A stretch of 64,000 nt of DNA from Camelus dromedarius (lineage: Eukaryota), in NCBI RefSeq assembly GCF_036321535.1, contig NC_087437.1:112346001-112410000 (forward strand), given 5' to 3'. Shown here one piece after another: positions 12,181 through 26,974 of this stretch. The first letter of the stretch is position 1. Every line of letters starts with the position of its first letter. The notes below the pieces were generated by a model. The model was not told the origin of the DNA, searched no databases, and saw only the letters and a program-made list of their open reading frames with translations. The position numbers and the translations under genes are program-made.

Positions 12181-15064
12181 CAAAAATCTATTTAAAAAAC
12201 AAATTGGGCAATAGATCAACTGTAAATCATGTAAAACATGTTTCTATTTCATGAAAAACATCCAAACAAGAGAGAATTCCAGGGCTGAGACAAAACTAGA
12301 CTCCACAGTATTTCAACATAAGTAGGATAAACTCTGGGGACACTTGGAAAATAGTACTGTGGACAAAATCCTGACAGTCACAGAAAATCATCTTCTAAAA
12401 AAATAACTTTTTGTCTACTTACAAAGGAAACAAGTTTTTTGTTATAAAGTTGAATGACACCAAAAATGTCCACTGCTTTGGGAAGAAAGGGACTAAAAAG
12501 CATCTTTTGGATTTAGCCACAAAGAAGTCATGGTCCCCTGGAAAGGGCTGGGTCTCCCTTCGTGCTAGAATGACGTCCAGACTGGGCCCCCAGAGGTGTC
12601 TGGAGGAAGGAGCTCCCTTCACAACCCCTCGACAACACTTCCAGAAGACTTGGCCACCATCTGCTCACATCTGGGTCCCTCATTTTCTCCCAACAGTCAC
12701 ATCATCCTCAACCTGCCTTTTCCTTATTTAGTCTTCTTCTTTCCACCTGGCACCTCTGTCTTCTCCACCTTCTCCAGCTTTGCCAGTGTTTCTTATTGTT
12801 TTTAGGACAAGTGAGGTCTTTTTTTTTTTCTTGCTACCAAAATTTCCCACCCTCACGACATGACTGCCGTCCTCACAGTCTCTTGACAGGTGTCAAATAA
12901 GACTCAATCGGCAAATGCCACCGCCTGCTTAACAGCCCTTCTGAAGGGCTCTGGGCTATGTGAGGACATAGACACAGATGCCAGTCACAGTTACTGACTC
13001 ACTTGAGGCTCAGAGACCCGCCTGTACAGACTGCAACCCCTGATGGCAGCTCCTGGAAGGAAGATGAACTGGAGGAGGAGAGAGCACTGCCCCGTGAGAA
13101 ATGTAGAGGTCTGGTTGGTGGGTCAGGTGACAGAGAGGGTGGCAGATGCCAGAGATTTTGGGAACATGCCCTTCCTGAACACCCCTTGGGCCAACTTCTC
13201 AATCACCTGCTTCCCCCACTACCCAGGAGCTATGGGAAGGTCAAAGCAGCACTGATAGAACCGTGGGGTCCTCTCTCCAAGGCCCAGCCAGGGAGTCCAA
13301 GAAGTCAGCAGCACAGTGTGGGGCAGGACTTGGAGGGAGGGCCAACAGCACACAGTAGGGCTGCTCACAACAGATGCAGCTCTGATGACACATGTGAGCC
13401 CTCCGTCTCTGCCTTCTCATCCTGTCTTCCCTTCTTTCTGCATCCAGGAGCCCTAGAAGGAATGGCTAGAGGAAAAGAACCCTCGAAATGCCTGGACTCC
13501 CAGCAACATGAGACAAAAGGACATCTGGATTGTAGAGATTCCAGATTTGCTATAAAGGTGACACAGTGGCTACACACACACACTGAGTGGAGCCTGGACA
13601 TTGCAAAGATGCTAGTGTATGGGAAAACAATTCGTTTTCATATATTTATCAGTATCTAGCCACTTTAGCAAGCTAACAGATACTAGTAAAACTTTTAGCT
13701 GAGTCTCTGGAGTGTTCCAGAGCAGCAGTTGTCAAAGTGTGATCCCAGAAACCCTTTCAGGAGGACTGAAAGTTCAAAACTATTTTCATAATAATAATCA
13801 AGAGGTTATTTGGCTTTTTCACTCTCATTCTTTCAAGAGCGTGCAGTGGAATGTTCCACCAACTGCATTATGTGTGACAGTGCACCTGCTGAGTGCAGAG
13901 CAGACACAAGGACCCAGCTGCCTTCCACTCGGCCAGAGATCAAAGAGATCTCTAAAGTTACAAAAGAGTAGCATTTTTCTTATCAAATGCTTTTTTGTTT
14001 GGGAAAATACAATTATCTTTCATAAAAAATATGTTACACTAACATGTAATTGGTTTGTTACTTCTGAATAAATTGGCAAGCAAATTTTTTAACATTTTTT
14101 TCTCAGTCTTAATTTCTAATATGGGAAATATCAGCAAAGATACAACCCAAATAAACAAAAGTCTCTTGGGGTCCTTAGGAAATTTTAAGAGGATTTAAAG
14201 GGGTTCTGAGGCCGAAAGGTATTTGAGAACTGGTATTCTAGAAAAAGTATTATACTGAATACCAATAGTGGTGATTTTGTACGCTCATTCCGAATAATTT
14301 TACCTCTTTTTTAGTTTTTTATCTTACTTAATCAGCCAGAACTTCCAGAACCATGTTAAATAATGGCCAAGAATGAGTGGGGAGCTAATGTCATTCCTGG
14401 CTGAGACAAAAAGCCTTCTAGCATGTCCCAAAGCTGGGTCCTGTTCCAGGAAATGTTGCTAAAAGAGCAACAGTTTGGGATGTACTGCTCTGATGTTTCA
14501 GAGTTGTTTCAGGGTAAGGAATTTTCTTTTGGTATAAAAAAAAAAAAGTAGCTTTTGATTGCTAGTTATTATGATTCTGAGCAAATCTTTTTACCTACCT
14601 TTACCTCAGTACTTCTCATCTGTAAATGAGGCTGGTGGACCGAATCGGTGCTTCTAAATCATGGTTGGTTGACATTAAAATTACCTGTGAAATTGATGAA
14701 GGAAAGCTTTCTATATAGAGGAATTCCAGCCAATAAAGGAAAATTAATGAAAGAATCATAATATTAGCATTTTGCAACCCCCTGTATAGTTGACTCAGGA
14801 AAGGCTCATCAATGGATATTAAAACCATTCAGTTGGGGAGTGGAATATTTGCACCAGCGACCACATACTACTCCACTGATTGCTTACTCATTGCAGTGGG
14901 GAAATGGACCTTTACAATGGACACATCCAGTTGTCACCACCTGCACTGAGTGGTCACTAAAATTGAGACACACAGACATTACTGGAGCACTGATGTGATG
15001 TTTAAGTATGAAACATTCTCGCCAAAATGTTTAACTTGAACCTAAGTGAGCCTGTAGCTGAGGA

Positions 15065-15350
15065 ATAGATCCTAAGTCTTGTGGGGCATAAAGCTTACAG
15101 AATCTTGGGAATCCCTTTTTAAGAAAAAGATTACAAAATCAGGTGCAAACATGAATGTCTGTACAGAATGAGAAGATAAAATTACAAGTTACAAGCCTCA
15201 AAAAGGAATAAAATAGTATGGACATCACAAAACCCAGGAAAATAACATATTTATATTAATTAACTGCCTGACACACATCTGTAATGCTTTGCTCCTCTGT
15301 TTTTGCCTGCATGCTCTTTGATCTGTTATGTAATATTTTCTACAGAAGAA
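15065..15350 (+). mobile_element. Old DNA-transposon-like fragment; related copy at ~32140-32800
   Basis: Shared blocks acaaaat(c/t)aggt...agaatgagaa...acatcacaaaa...aactg(c/g)ctgaca(c/t)ac in both places. Confidence 0.5.
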
Positions 15351-18300
15351 GGGTTCTTATCCTGGCTGTATGGTCAAAGGTGTGTGTGTGTCCCCACCAC
15401 CCACCCCAACTGACCCAGAGACTCTGGAGACAAGCCTGGGTAGTGGCAATCTTTAAACAGACCCAGGTGTTTCTGAAGTGCAGCCAGAACTGAGAACACT
15501 GAGAGGGGCCGCCTCCAGGCCTCCCACACCCGCAGTTATGACTTGTTCTAACTCACACAACAGGATGGCAAACAGGAACTTGGCAAGAGACAGGAAACCA
15601 AAACCCCAGGGCAACAACCAGCTCGGTGACCCAGAAAACCCGCATTTGGGCAGAAGAGACTAAGGGGGCTGAGAGCACAGGTCGTGTGGTCCTCCGTCTG
15701 GCTGTGTCTGCCTGGCTTCTCCCTCCTCACCCTCCCCGGGCCTCAGAGACTCCTTCACAAAGAGCTGGTCTTGTTGCATAAACAGAGCCCACGGGTAATG
15801 GGCCCACCAGGTTAAACGGCATGACCCCAGGGGGCACTGCGGGAACATGTGACTCGAAATTGATCTTCTGAACCCATTACTTTCCCTCCCAATACCCCAC
15901 CTGCCAGCCCCTGGCATCCATTGATCTATTTTCTGTCTATAGATTTCCCTATTCTGGACATTTCATATAAAGAGACTCACACAACATGTGACCCTCATTT
16001 AGCACAGTGTTTTCGAGGCTCGTCTGTATTGAAGCAGCATGTATTAATTAGCACTTTGTATTTTCTCTCAATTGCTGATCACTTTCCATTATATGGATAT
16101 ATCACAGTTTGTTTACTCATTCATAAGTTGATGGACATTTGGGTCGTTCCCACTTTGGGGCTGTCATGAAGAGTCCATTAGCTGCCCACTTTACATTCAC
16201 ACGCAGCCACTTCCCGGAAGGCGCTGCACGATGAGCTGGTTGTCGCGTCCCTCACAGGCTGACCCAGACTAGCGCTCTTCCCAAATGACTTAGGCTCCGG
16301 GCCCACGGGTCAGGTCCCCTCAGTCCTAACCCTTCAGGCACCCGGCCCTTAGGGTGAATCAGAGCCCCTGTCGTTCTTTCCTCCATCAGTCATGCTCCAA
16401 AAACAAGGAACATTAAAGAGAAATAGTAGAGAGTCCCAGCCAATCTTTCTCGGAATCTCCTTGGCATCCGTGTAAATTAGTCAGTCTATTTGCATCTCCC
16501 AGGTTGCGGCATCTCCTAATTTCACCCACTGACTGTATCCAAGCCCCAGGTTCTGGTCCAATCCAGACTGTCCTGCCAGGCTCCACCCACTACCATTAGC
16601 ATAATCCTTGGCAGGTTGCCTTGCCTCCCTGTATCTTGCATCCCGACCGCAACATGGACCTCAAAGGAGATTCCAGTTTCCACTACAGAAGGAGAAACTG
16701 CTCCAGCCTCTCATCTAGTGCCGGTTCGGATTCACTGGTCTTAAAATCTGGCCTCCTGCCCTGTCACACTTCTCTGTGTGACTTTGAGGGAAGACCATCT
16801 CAGGGTGAGAGAAACTGGGATTGTCCCCAAAACTGGAGAGACCATAGCCTTGACTTCTACAAAGTCATTTAACCAGAGCACAAGATAGAGTGAGCTACTC
16901 ATCCCAGTTTACCCGGGACTTCCCCAGTTTCAGCACTGAAAGTCCCTCATCAGGGGAGACACTCCACCCCTGACTAAGCAGACAGTCACCCTGCAAAGCC
17001 TGGTATATTTTGGCCACAACTTTGGCTAATAAAGACTGAAGTGTGATGAAGCTAGAGGAAGAGGCACGCTGTCCACGCAATGAGGAAATCAATGGGGGTC
17101 GTGTAGTGCCAGGCGGTTGTTGGCCCAACAAATATTAAGACCCCCATTTCAGAGATCAGCAAACTGTGGACAGGGGTGACTTGTCCGCATTGCAAAGCTA
17201 GTGAGAAACAAACCCTTGAAAGGAAGGATGCAGAGTCCAGCAATGGGCAGGGCTTGGTATCATTTTGAACTGTTGGTTTTTCTTTTTTTAATTTAGATAA
17301 AATTCACATAACAGAAAATTAACCATTTTAAAGTATATGTTTCTGAAAATCAGCCCTTGACACAAGGATTTGTTAAAAAAAAAAAAAGCAAAAACAAAAA
17401 AAAGAAAAAATAATGAAGTGTATGTTTCAGTAGCATTTAGTATATTTCACAATGTGGTACAACCACCACCCATATCTAATTCCAAAATATTTTCATCACC
17501 CAAAAAGGAAACCCTGTCCCCATTAAGCAGTCACACCCCACACCTCCTCCCCGTCATCTCTGGCAACCACCAACCTACTTTCTGTTTCTATGGATTTGCC
17601 TGTTCTGACCATGTCACATAAATGGAATCACACAGCATGTGACCTTTTGTGCCTGGCTCTTTTCACTCAGCAGAACGTTTTCAAGGTTCATCCATGTGGT
17701 AGCAGGTGTTCCATTTTACGGCTGAGTACTATTCCATTGTGTGACTAGACCTGAGCTGAGCTCAGACTTGCCCTGAGCCCCTCCAGGAAACTAGCGAGAC
17801 CTCAGCAAATGCTTGTTCTGGCTGTGGTTTTCTAACTCACCAATAAACTGTGAAAACGTTCTCACTGTAAAACAAAACTCAGAACCATGCTCATCAAACG
17901 GTGGAACACTGGTGCTCAGGATGTGCTGCAACAGTTAGGAAGCAGGGCTAGGTCTGCACGTGGGGAGAGCACGTCACCGGCACGTGGTCTGCTTCTTCAG
18001 TCGCTCCTCTGCAGGCACCTTCTCCCTGCCTGTAGACACCCCCAGGCCTCCCTCTACTTAAAAAAAAAATAGACACCGATTTCCTTTGGCCCTACCACTT
18101 CCTCGGCTCACCGCTGGGCTTCATCGCCACACTTTTCTCAGCTTCCTCACACCCACTCACTGGTTAATCCCTCTCGATTCGGCTTCCCTGCCTGCTGTTC
18201 GCTGAAAGCCACCGGCTTCCCCAGCAACCTCACCCCACGCTTTGGTCCAGTCTCCTCCATCTTGTTCCTCTGCAGATGGAACTGCACTCCTCTAAGCACT

Positions 18301-21300
18301 CTCCTTCTAAGCACTCTCTCTGCCTTCCTCCTCCTCTGCCTTATTTGTGTTCCCATCTCCCTGTCCTATTTGATTGCAAGATCCTGGAGGCAGAGACTAT
18401 GATGTCACTTTATGCCCTTTGGAATGTCTCATGCCTTATCAGTGCTTCAATATTTGTTGATGTGAAGTCACTTGAGCTGTTCGTGTACATTTATTTCCAG
18501 CATGAGACAGGGTCCACCCATCCCACTCTGAACCACCCTGCCTCTCAGTGACGTGGTCGGGAACCTCTCAGCTGCTCTTCTATGGGACTTTAGAATGTAC
18601 CAAGGAGACTGGCTCACTGGGGTCTGATTTCTCCACACTCTGAGAGGGGTTTTTAGCACATCAAAGAGCATACGACCTCTGTCTAAGAAGAACCTATTCG
18701 ATTTTTACGCGGTACTGGAGGTAGTCAGAAGGCTTCGAGGAATAGTTTCCTGAGTTTCTTGATGTCTGCAGTGCTTACCAGTACTTTCACACTTAGCTAA
18801 GTAACCTTTGATACTGTGTGGTTATAACATAATAACCACATGTCGCTTTGTCTTCTCCATCAACGGCGAAAAATCCGAAGGGCTTTAACCACTGGTAAAA
18901 GTTTCTTCTCACGTTAACCACATAGCAGCAAGTATTATGTGAACCAGATGGCTATTTTCATTAAGCGGGCCGAGTACAAATTACAAGCCAATTGCAAGCC
19001 TCAGGTTCTGCTGGGTGTAGGCTAGCCGAAAGACATCACCCCAGGAAGCTGACTCTCCTCTAACATCTCTTCCCTGTTGGTTCTAAACCAGTCTCAGGGC
19101 TGACACTCCTTCCAAGGTCTGTCTGATGATACCATCAGGAAAGTCCAATCTGTGTTTACCTAAGCATGCTCAGGGCCTCCCCAGGCTGCAGGCACACCTT
19201 CCTGTGCCTTCTGACCTTTCCCCAGCTCTAGCAGACGTGCTCCCAGGAGGGCAGGTCCTGCCCAGTGGGTGTGTGGGGCAGGGACTGGCCACCAGTATCA
19301 AGTGTCCGGGGGCTTCTCCAGGACACGGCTCCCCTCTCCTTTCCAAGGAGAAGCCCAGACCCTCCCTGTCCTGAGGGTCTACCTTCCCCAAGGGACTCAT
19401 TAGTCCCAGCCACTTCACTGCCCCACAACGCTACATCTGGGAAACTTGTCCTAACTGGGGCAGCTCCCCTAAGTGACCCACCATGTCCTTGGCCACCAGC
19501 TGAGAGACTTGACTCCTCTCCTTTAGCAATCGTCTCTCTCATTCAACTCCTTCTGTCCCACGTAGGGGAATTGCTGAAATGCTCAATAATTTCCAGGCCT
19601 TTCGCTGCCATTGTTGATGGTGAAACTGACCCCGGAGTTACACTGTGAACCACATCCCAGGGGACCCCACACCAGCCCCAAGTCTCCGCACCTTTTCAGG
19701 GCCCACCCCTTCCAGATGACAGCGTGACTCCAGAATCTTATTGCTCACACTCAACGTCCCTCTGGGGCTGCCCCACCAGCACCAAGGGGAGGTTACTAAG
19801 CAACCAGTGCCTTTAACTGGCAGCCAAGCCACCCACTCTTAGTCCCATCCTGACCCTGGGAGAGGGAGGGGCATCTATGCTGGCAAATAAATTTAGCAAG
19901 AGCTATTAGAGATTATTTTGAGGAATACAAAAGAGGACTTGAGTAAACAGAAAGATCAACTTTGTTCTTATAAAATATGTCAATTATCACCAAATGATTT
20001 TCTAAACTCAGCAGTATTTCAATTAAAATGCCAACAGGAAAAAAGGACTGAGATTCTAACTGTATTTTTTACGTAAATATGAATTACAGACTGGTCAAAT
20101 ACAAAACTTCTTCTAAGAAAATATGAATGAATTTGTAAACAATGCTAAACTACAGAAGTCCTTTCTTTCCAAGGCAAAAAAAAATCAGAAGCAGAAACGG
20201 AAATAATTAGCAACTTGATTACATTAAATCATTAATTAATTGATTAATCTTTTAATTTCTATATGGGAAAAATTACCACAAACCAATTCAAAAGAAAACT
20301 ACAATTTGGAGGACACATTTGCAACACACATGACCAAGTAGGGCTAATATCACTAAAACCAATCAATTTAAAAAGGGACAATAACCATCCCCAAAAAGAG
20401 GCCAAAGATGTGATCAGACAGTTTATAGAAAAGAAAATTCAAATGTTCTTAAACAAACAAAAGGTGGTCAATCTCATCCATGGTCAAAAGATACAAATCT
20501 GATTTTTTTTTTCTTACCAAATGGGCAAAAATTGCCTAGTTTAACACCTGGGTGCTAGTGAGGTTTAGGAAAAGAACATGGCCAGGACTGCCTAGAGGTG
20601 ACCGAAGCCCATTCCCCTCCGTGGGGCTCCAGGCCTGGCCTGTGGCCCTGCAGGGATTCTGCTTCCTGATATCCTTTCATACTCTTGTTTTCTGCCTGAA
20701 CTAGCTGGGGTGGGTTCCGTTGGTTCCTGTTTAGACCAGTTTAGAGCCTCAGTTTCCTCTCAGGTAAGAAAAGATACCAACTTCCTCTTTACAAGTTGGT
20801 TGAGAAGATTCCCCAAGATACCAAGAGCTGATGTATGACAGATGGGAGTGGCTCCCAGTGCAGACGCACAGCCCCTTACCTGGAAACCTCTGGCCAGGTG
20901 TGTTTTGCATCTTGTGGTTTCAGAAAGGTGATATGCTGCAGGTGATATCATGCATCACCTCCAACAGCGTATGGGCCAGCGCCCTGCAATTACACTAGTT
21001 ATCCATCTCAAGGGTAATGTGTAACTTTCAGATTTAATGGCATAATTAAAGACTATATATAGCCTTGTGTTAACTCAGATTATGGATTACGAAAGTTTGT
21101 GGTTTTCAGAGCTCTGGGTTTTGGAGTTGTGGATTGGGATTGTGCACCTGTATTATTTCCCATGGCCTCATTATTCTGTGATACTTGGTCTTTTAAAAAT
21201 TCTTCAACGCCATCCTGAAATATGACGTACCCAATTCTCAGTGGAGACAACTCTGGCTCCTTGGCGTATTTTCTCTTCTTATCAGCCCCAGTGACCTTTA

Positions 21301-24300
21301 ACCGGCAGGTAGGGTGAGCCCCAGTTTGCGTGACATCACCGGGTTGTTGGTATGGCCAAGCCCAAAGTGGAGTTTCCCCAGGCCTTGGAACTACTTTAAG
21401 GGATCAGAGCCACTAGCTTTGAATTGGGGTCGCTTTTTATAGGGGTCCTGGTCTGATTGCCAAGGGAAAGATTGCTAAATCACATTAAAGATGGAATATC
21501 TTTAGAGTTAATATTCTCTCTTACTGAGGTTTTCTAAAAGGTGGAATTTGACTCCTGGCATATATAGATTGATCTGATGCCTTGACAATCATTGAATAAG
21601 CATCTTGCAACTCTGTTTTAAGATCTTAAACATGACATACAATTTTTGTTTCCTTTTTTGCAGCTTGACTGAGGTATAATTGGTATGCTTTATCCTGTGT
21701 ATATCTGAAATGTACAGTTTGATGAGTTTTTACGTATATGAAACCATCACCACAATCAAAACAATGAATTTCCATTACCCCCAAAGTTTCCTTATTGTGC
21801 ACAATTTTAAGATAAAGTTTGTTGAGATTATAAGGAAATTAAAAATCTCCCCCCTTATCAAATGCTTGTAATCTAAGCGTCCGTCTTTTTGATCTGGTTT
21901 ATTTTTAAAAAGCAAACAAAACTCAAAAAGAAAAAGGTCTAGGTTTCAGCAGCACCAGCAGGAAAACATACAATTAATTCTACCCTTTCTGTAATCCTAT
22001 ATCTGCCACTTCAAAAAGAATCCAGTGTAATGTAATGTGGTACCCTGGACTGGCTCCTGGAACAGAAAAAGTGGAAACGTAAAATCCAAATAAACCCTGA
22101 GGTCTAGTTAATATTAAGGTGTCACTGTTAATTTCTGGGTTTTGACAAATGTAAGATGTTAACTTTAGGGAAACTGAAAACTAGATGAGGGGCACACAGA
22201 ACCGTCTGTATTATCTTTGCACTTTTTCTGTAAATCTAAAATTATCCAAAATACCCACTTTATATAAAAAAGAATCCAATGACTGTTATTTTCTCAAAGA
22301 AAGTCATGTTTTATCACAGGTTCTTTTTAAACATAGAAGATTGTATTATATCACAAAATAATGGGCAGGCCATAACTCATCCATTGCAGTTTTTAAAAAG
22401 TAACAAAACACGTTTCACTTTCTAGGGCTATCTTTCCCTTATAATGTTTTGGGGTTTTTTTTTCAATCTTTCCTCATGCTTTCCATTGTCACTTTAGGGG
22501 GTCCTTTACCTGCCAGTGACAACCCTGTCTAAATGCAATGTTGGGCAGAAAGTTCATATTTTCACGCTCAGAAATAAGACTAATCTGCTTTCAAGCGAAG
22601 AGACTAAAGAAGAATTTAATTCACGGACTAGAAATAATCTCTTCTGTTTTGCGTTTGCCCTGATGTTGGTATTGCTGTAGTTCAGAGCGGGAGATGAGGC
22701 GTGGGTAATGTTTGTGAAACATGTCTGTAAGGAAAAAAAGGGGCTCTCCCTTTCCCCCTGGTGGGGTGGGTGGAGGGGGGCAAGGAGGTGGGGCGAGGCT
22801 TTGAGTGGCAGGTGGGGGGGGCGTGGCGGGGAGGACCCGGATGTGGACGCTTGGGTCCCCTAGGGATGCCGGCCGTGGGCACGGCATCTCCGCTGTGTTA
22901 CACAGCGCGCTCCACGCCTGCCGGCACGCCTCACGTTTCCTGGGCTTTGTCCAGCTCTAGAGCCCTGGAAAGTTGAACATGGGGCCTGAATTGATTTGAT
23001 TTGATTTAGTTTGATTTACATGGCAAAAATGGTTCCATGGTTCTGTTTCCGGGTGTTGTGAAACTAGCGATAGAGGCGCCCACCTTTTTAACAGACTCAC
23101 TCTTTCTGCTGATGAAAAGATTTATCTGGGTCAGGAAGTGCAGAATATTTTCAGTAATTAGTTTTGCCCGCTAGTCTTCTCTCTGGCTTCCTGTTTAAAT
23201 GACACTTTTTTCTTGTAGACATTTATTTTTTTTAACATTTTTTTATTGATTTATAATCATTTTACAATGTTGTGTCAAATCTTGTAAACATTGATTAAAT
23301 TATTCATGTCTGAGGGTATGTTGACCTTTACATTTAGTGACAGCGCTGGGACTAGAATAACACTTGGCACATGGTGAGTGCCGATAAATACCTGTTGAGG
23401 AATGAAAAGGTAAATGGGTTCCTCTCTGTTGATACTTGGCTAAATCAGCACTTCAGTGCTAGCTGCCTTGGTTTGAATCAAAGTTCTTTAGGACCATTCA
23501 TTTCCCAGACAATGTGAGTAAGTTCTATTTGGGAGACAAGAGCATCGCTCCGGTCCAGCGCCTCACAATAAACATTGCACTTCCCTTCACCACAACCCAG
23601 CGTCAGTAGGTTGGCTTTACCGCCCTCTGGGGAGCGGACCCAAGTTTGGTTCCGTAACAAGGACACAGTACTGAAAACTTGACCTTGTGCTTTCTAAACA
23701 TGCTTCTCTGTGCCTGGACCCTTTCTGTTCTCGCTCTCACTAACAAATGTACCGAAGTGAATTTGTGTTTATTTTGTTTCGATTTGTTTCATATGGATAT
23801 CAGTAAATCACATACGTGCGGTATTTGAAGGTTCAAAGGAGAAAGGGAAAGAAAGCTCGAGATGACAAAGGTTTATGACTCTGCAAGAGAAGGCAAGTGC
23901 GCAGGCACTCAACACCCATGAGACGTCGGCCAGGTGCTTGTCACGGCTTGCTGCGCCGTTTTGTGGGGAAGGAAGGGGTCAGCCTACCAAAACCCTAAGC
24001 CTGACGGTTGCTGAGGAGTGAATGTGACATGTCAGGTATCTCTTTTTCTCTCCGGCCCAAGCGACTGTTGGGGCTTTGCAGAGTCAAAACTGTATCTGTA
24101 TAATGTCCTGAAACTATAGGCAGCCAGATTTTTGCACGGTCACGAAAAACAAGCATGTGAAAAACAAAAGATCCCTTTCTGTTCCATCCTGAATGTGGTT
24201 TCCACAGTCTTCTCAAAAATGATGAAGTAACGTTGCCCCCTTGCCTTACTGGTACTCAAGAACTAGATGTTTCGAGTTGTAAACTGTGGTTAGCTCTGGG

Positions 24301-25559
24301 TTGTAGGACTATGGTTTCTCTTTTTATTTTTTCACTATTTTATGGATTCATGACAATAGAAAGTTCTATTATTATAACAAGGAAAAAACAGTGATAAGAG
24401 CTTGTGTGTATTTGTTAAGTTTAGAAGTTCCAAATCAATTAAAATCCCAGGTTAAGTGAGGCCACGTACCAAGGGCCCAGCAAAGGCAAAAGTAGCAATT
24501 ATCTGGAGCAGACATCAGATTGGAAGCCTGTCTTGTAAACTGCCTTTCTCTTTCCTCAGATACAAGTGCACCTTTGGACATTAAGCAGCCTGGTTTTTAT
24601 TTTAGTTGCTAAGAAGCTGATTTTAGTAAATGCGTAGGACTTTTTGACTACATGTGGATATACTGCCTCCCCACCACAACACATCCTCTGACTTTAATTT
24701 CCCAGACCTACATCTTTTCCATAGGCCTATAATTTCTTAACCTAATATTTTGTACCATGTATTCTTTTTTATTTACAAATCTTTACATTGAAAATACATG
24801 CATATAGTACAAACTGCCATATGGTATATTTATTATTCCAGACTGCCTTAAAATTCTAGGGAACGAGGTATGGCATTCATGGTTTTTCTTGTTGAGTAGT
24901 AGAATTCTGCTGCGGTTTGGAAGGTCCTGCCCAAGCTAAGCCAACATGCTCATCCAGATTACTGGCATTATTATATCAAATACCAGCTTTTCCTGGAAGT
25001 CTCAACTCTGGCACAAACCTTTTCAAGAAGAATGTATACCCAGAAAGAATTGTGTGTGTTGAGGAAAGAGTTAAGCAAAGAAGACTGCTATTCCAATGAT
25101 AACACTTCCCTACCAGTGGACCGAATGACGGGTCAGGACAGCCCACATCATGAGCCAACTCATGAACTTTTGCAACCAGAAAGTCTTGTTCACAAATGAG
25201 TGTACACAGATGACTGGAGAAATGCAGCAAGTCTTTTCCACCCCCAGCTGCCCTAGCCCCAAGCCCCAGAAAACAATGTTAATTCTTCTAACTCCCCCTT
25301 TTTAAGGTAGGCTTTTAAACCCGCCAAGTTAACAATGCACTGAGTTTCACAAGAAAAGGATGAATGCTAGCCCCAGGAGGCATAGCCCTGCAAGGACCAC
25401 AACTCGGATTTTGAGAGATAGTTGGTATAGTGGCCAGCCTGGGGGTGCCAGGCTTTAGAAATGCATGTGTGCTGGGTGAAGGGACCATGCAGGACTGAAC
25501 CGGCAAGAGCCCAAGGTAGAGGTGCTGTGAGCAGCCACCTACTTGTCTGGTGTCATCCT

Positions 25560-26680
25560 GGGCGATGGGCTGAATGATGGCCCCCGAAGATGTCCACATC
25601 TTAGTCCCCGCAACCTGTGACAATGTTACCTTACTTGGCAAAAGGGACTTTGCAGATGTGATTAGGGTAAAGATCTTGAAATGGGAAGACTTTCCTCGAT
25701 TATGTATGTGGGATCACTGTAATCATAAGGGTCCTTATAAGGGATAGATGGGGCAGGAGTGTCAGAAAAGGAGATGTGTCTCTTGATAGATGAATAGATA
25801 AAGAAAGTGTGGGATGTCTACAATGGAATATTATTCAGCCACGAAAAAGGAAGGAAATCCTGCCATGTATGACAACATGGATGGCCTTGGGGGCACTGTG
25901 TTAAATAAGTCAAACACAGAAAGACAAATATCACACAGTCTCACTTATATATGGAATTTAAAAAAAAGAAGAAGAAAGAAAAAACTGAATTTACAGATAC
26001 AGAGACCAGATTGGTGGTTTTCAGAGGCAGGTGGTAGGGGTGAAATTCATAAAGGTGGCCAAAAAGTACAAGCATCCAGTTATAAAATAATGAAGTCCTG
26101 AGTATGTAATGTACAATGTGGTGACCATAGTTAATAATACTGCATTGCATACTTGAACGTTGCTAAGAGAGTTAATCTTAAAAGTTCTCATCATAAGAAA
26201 AAAAATTTTGTGACTACATGTGGTGATGGGTGTTCACTAGACTTACTGTAGAGCTCATTTTGCCAAATATACAAATACTGATCATGTTGTACACCTGAAA
26301 CTAATAAAATGTTATACATCAATTCTATTGTAAATTTTTGAAAAAGGAAAGAAAAGGAGATGTGATGACAGAAGCAGAGACTGGAGAAAGAGAGAGTTGA
26401 AGACACTACACTGTTGGCTTTGACAACAGGGGAAGGGGCCACATGCCGGGAATGCAGGTGGCCTCTAGAAGTGGGAAAAGGCAAGGAAAGGTTCTCCCTT
26501 ACAGCCTCCAGTGTATGTGCATTTTTTAATGATGTCTGTACATAAGGCAGTTCTAAAATAAAGGTAAAAAAAAATTTAGAACCATTTTGGACTTCTAGCC
26601 TCTAGACTGTAAGATAATACACTTTTATTTTAAGCCACTCAATTTGTGGTAATTTGTTACAGCAGCAATGGGAAACTCAT
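25560..26680 (+). mobile_element. MLT1-type LTR interrupted by an L1 3' fragment (~25785-26340)
   Basis: gaatgatggccccc...atgttaccttacttggcaaaagggactttgcagatg...gcctctagaag...ttgttacagcagcaatgggaaact flanking an L1 3' UTR. Confidence 0.75.
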
Positions 26681-26974
26681 GCAGCCCCCCAGAAGACAGG
26701 GTCCCAGGTAGGCCACCAGAAGGCACCCTGGCAGAAGGGACCCCATCTCACAGTGGTCCCAACAGTTCACAGAGCCCCAGAGAAGTCATTCATTTGCCCC
26801 CAAAAAGGCTTCCCAGGTGAGTTACAGCATCAAGTTTCTTTACTACAGCTGGAATCATACTCTCTCCATGTGACAATGTGGTTCTGCCACTAGAAACGCT
26901 GACTGGCGACTCCAGAGTGACTGTAAAACAGGAACCTCACCATGTGGGACTTGATTCATGCAGGGCAACTATTG

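Noticed and set aside
12420..12540. Minus-strand open segment flanked by splice-like sites
   Set aside because: Resembles reversed L2 sequence
13003..13659. 218-aa ORF
   Set aside because: Non-ATG start, no recognisable domain or exon context
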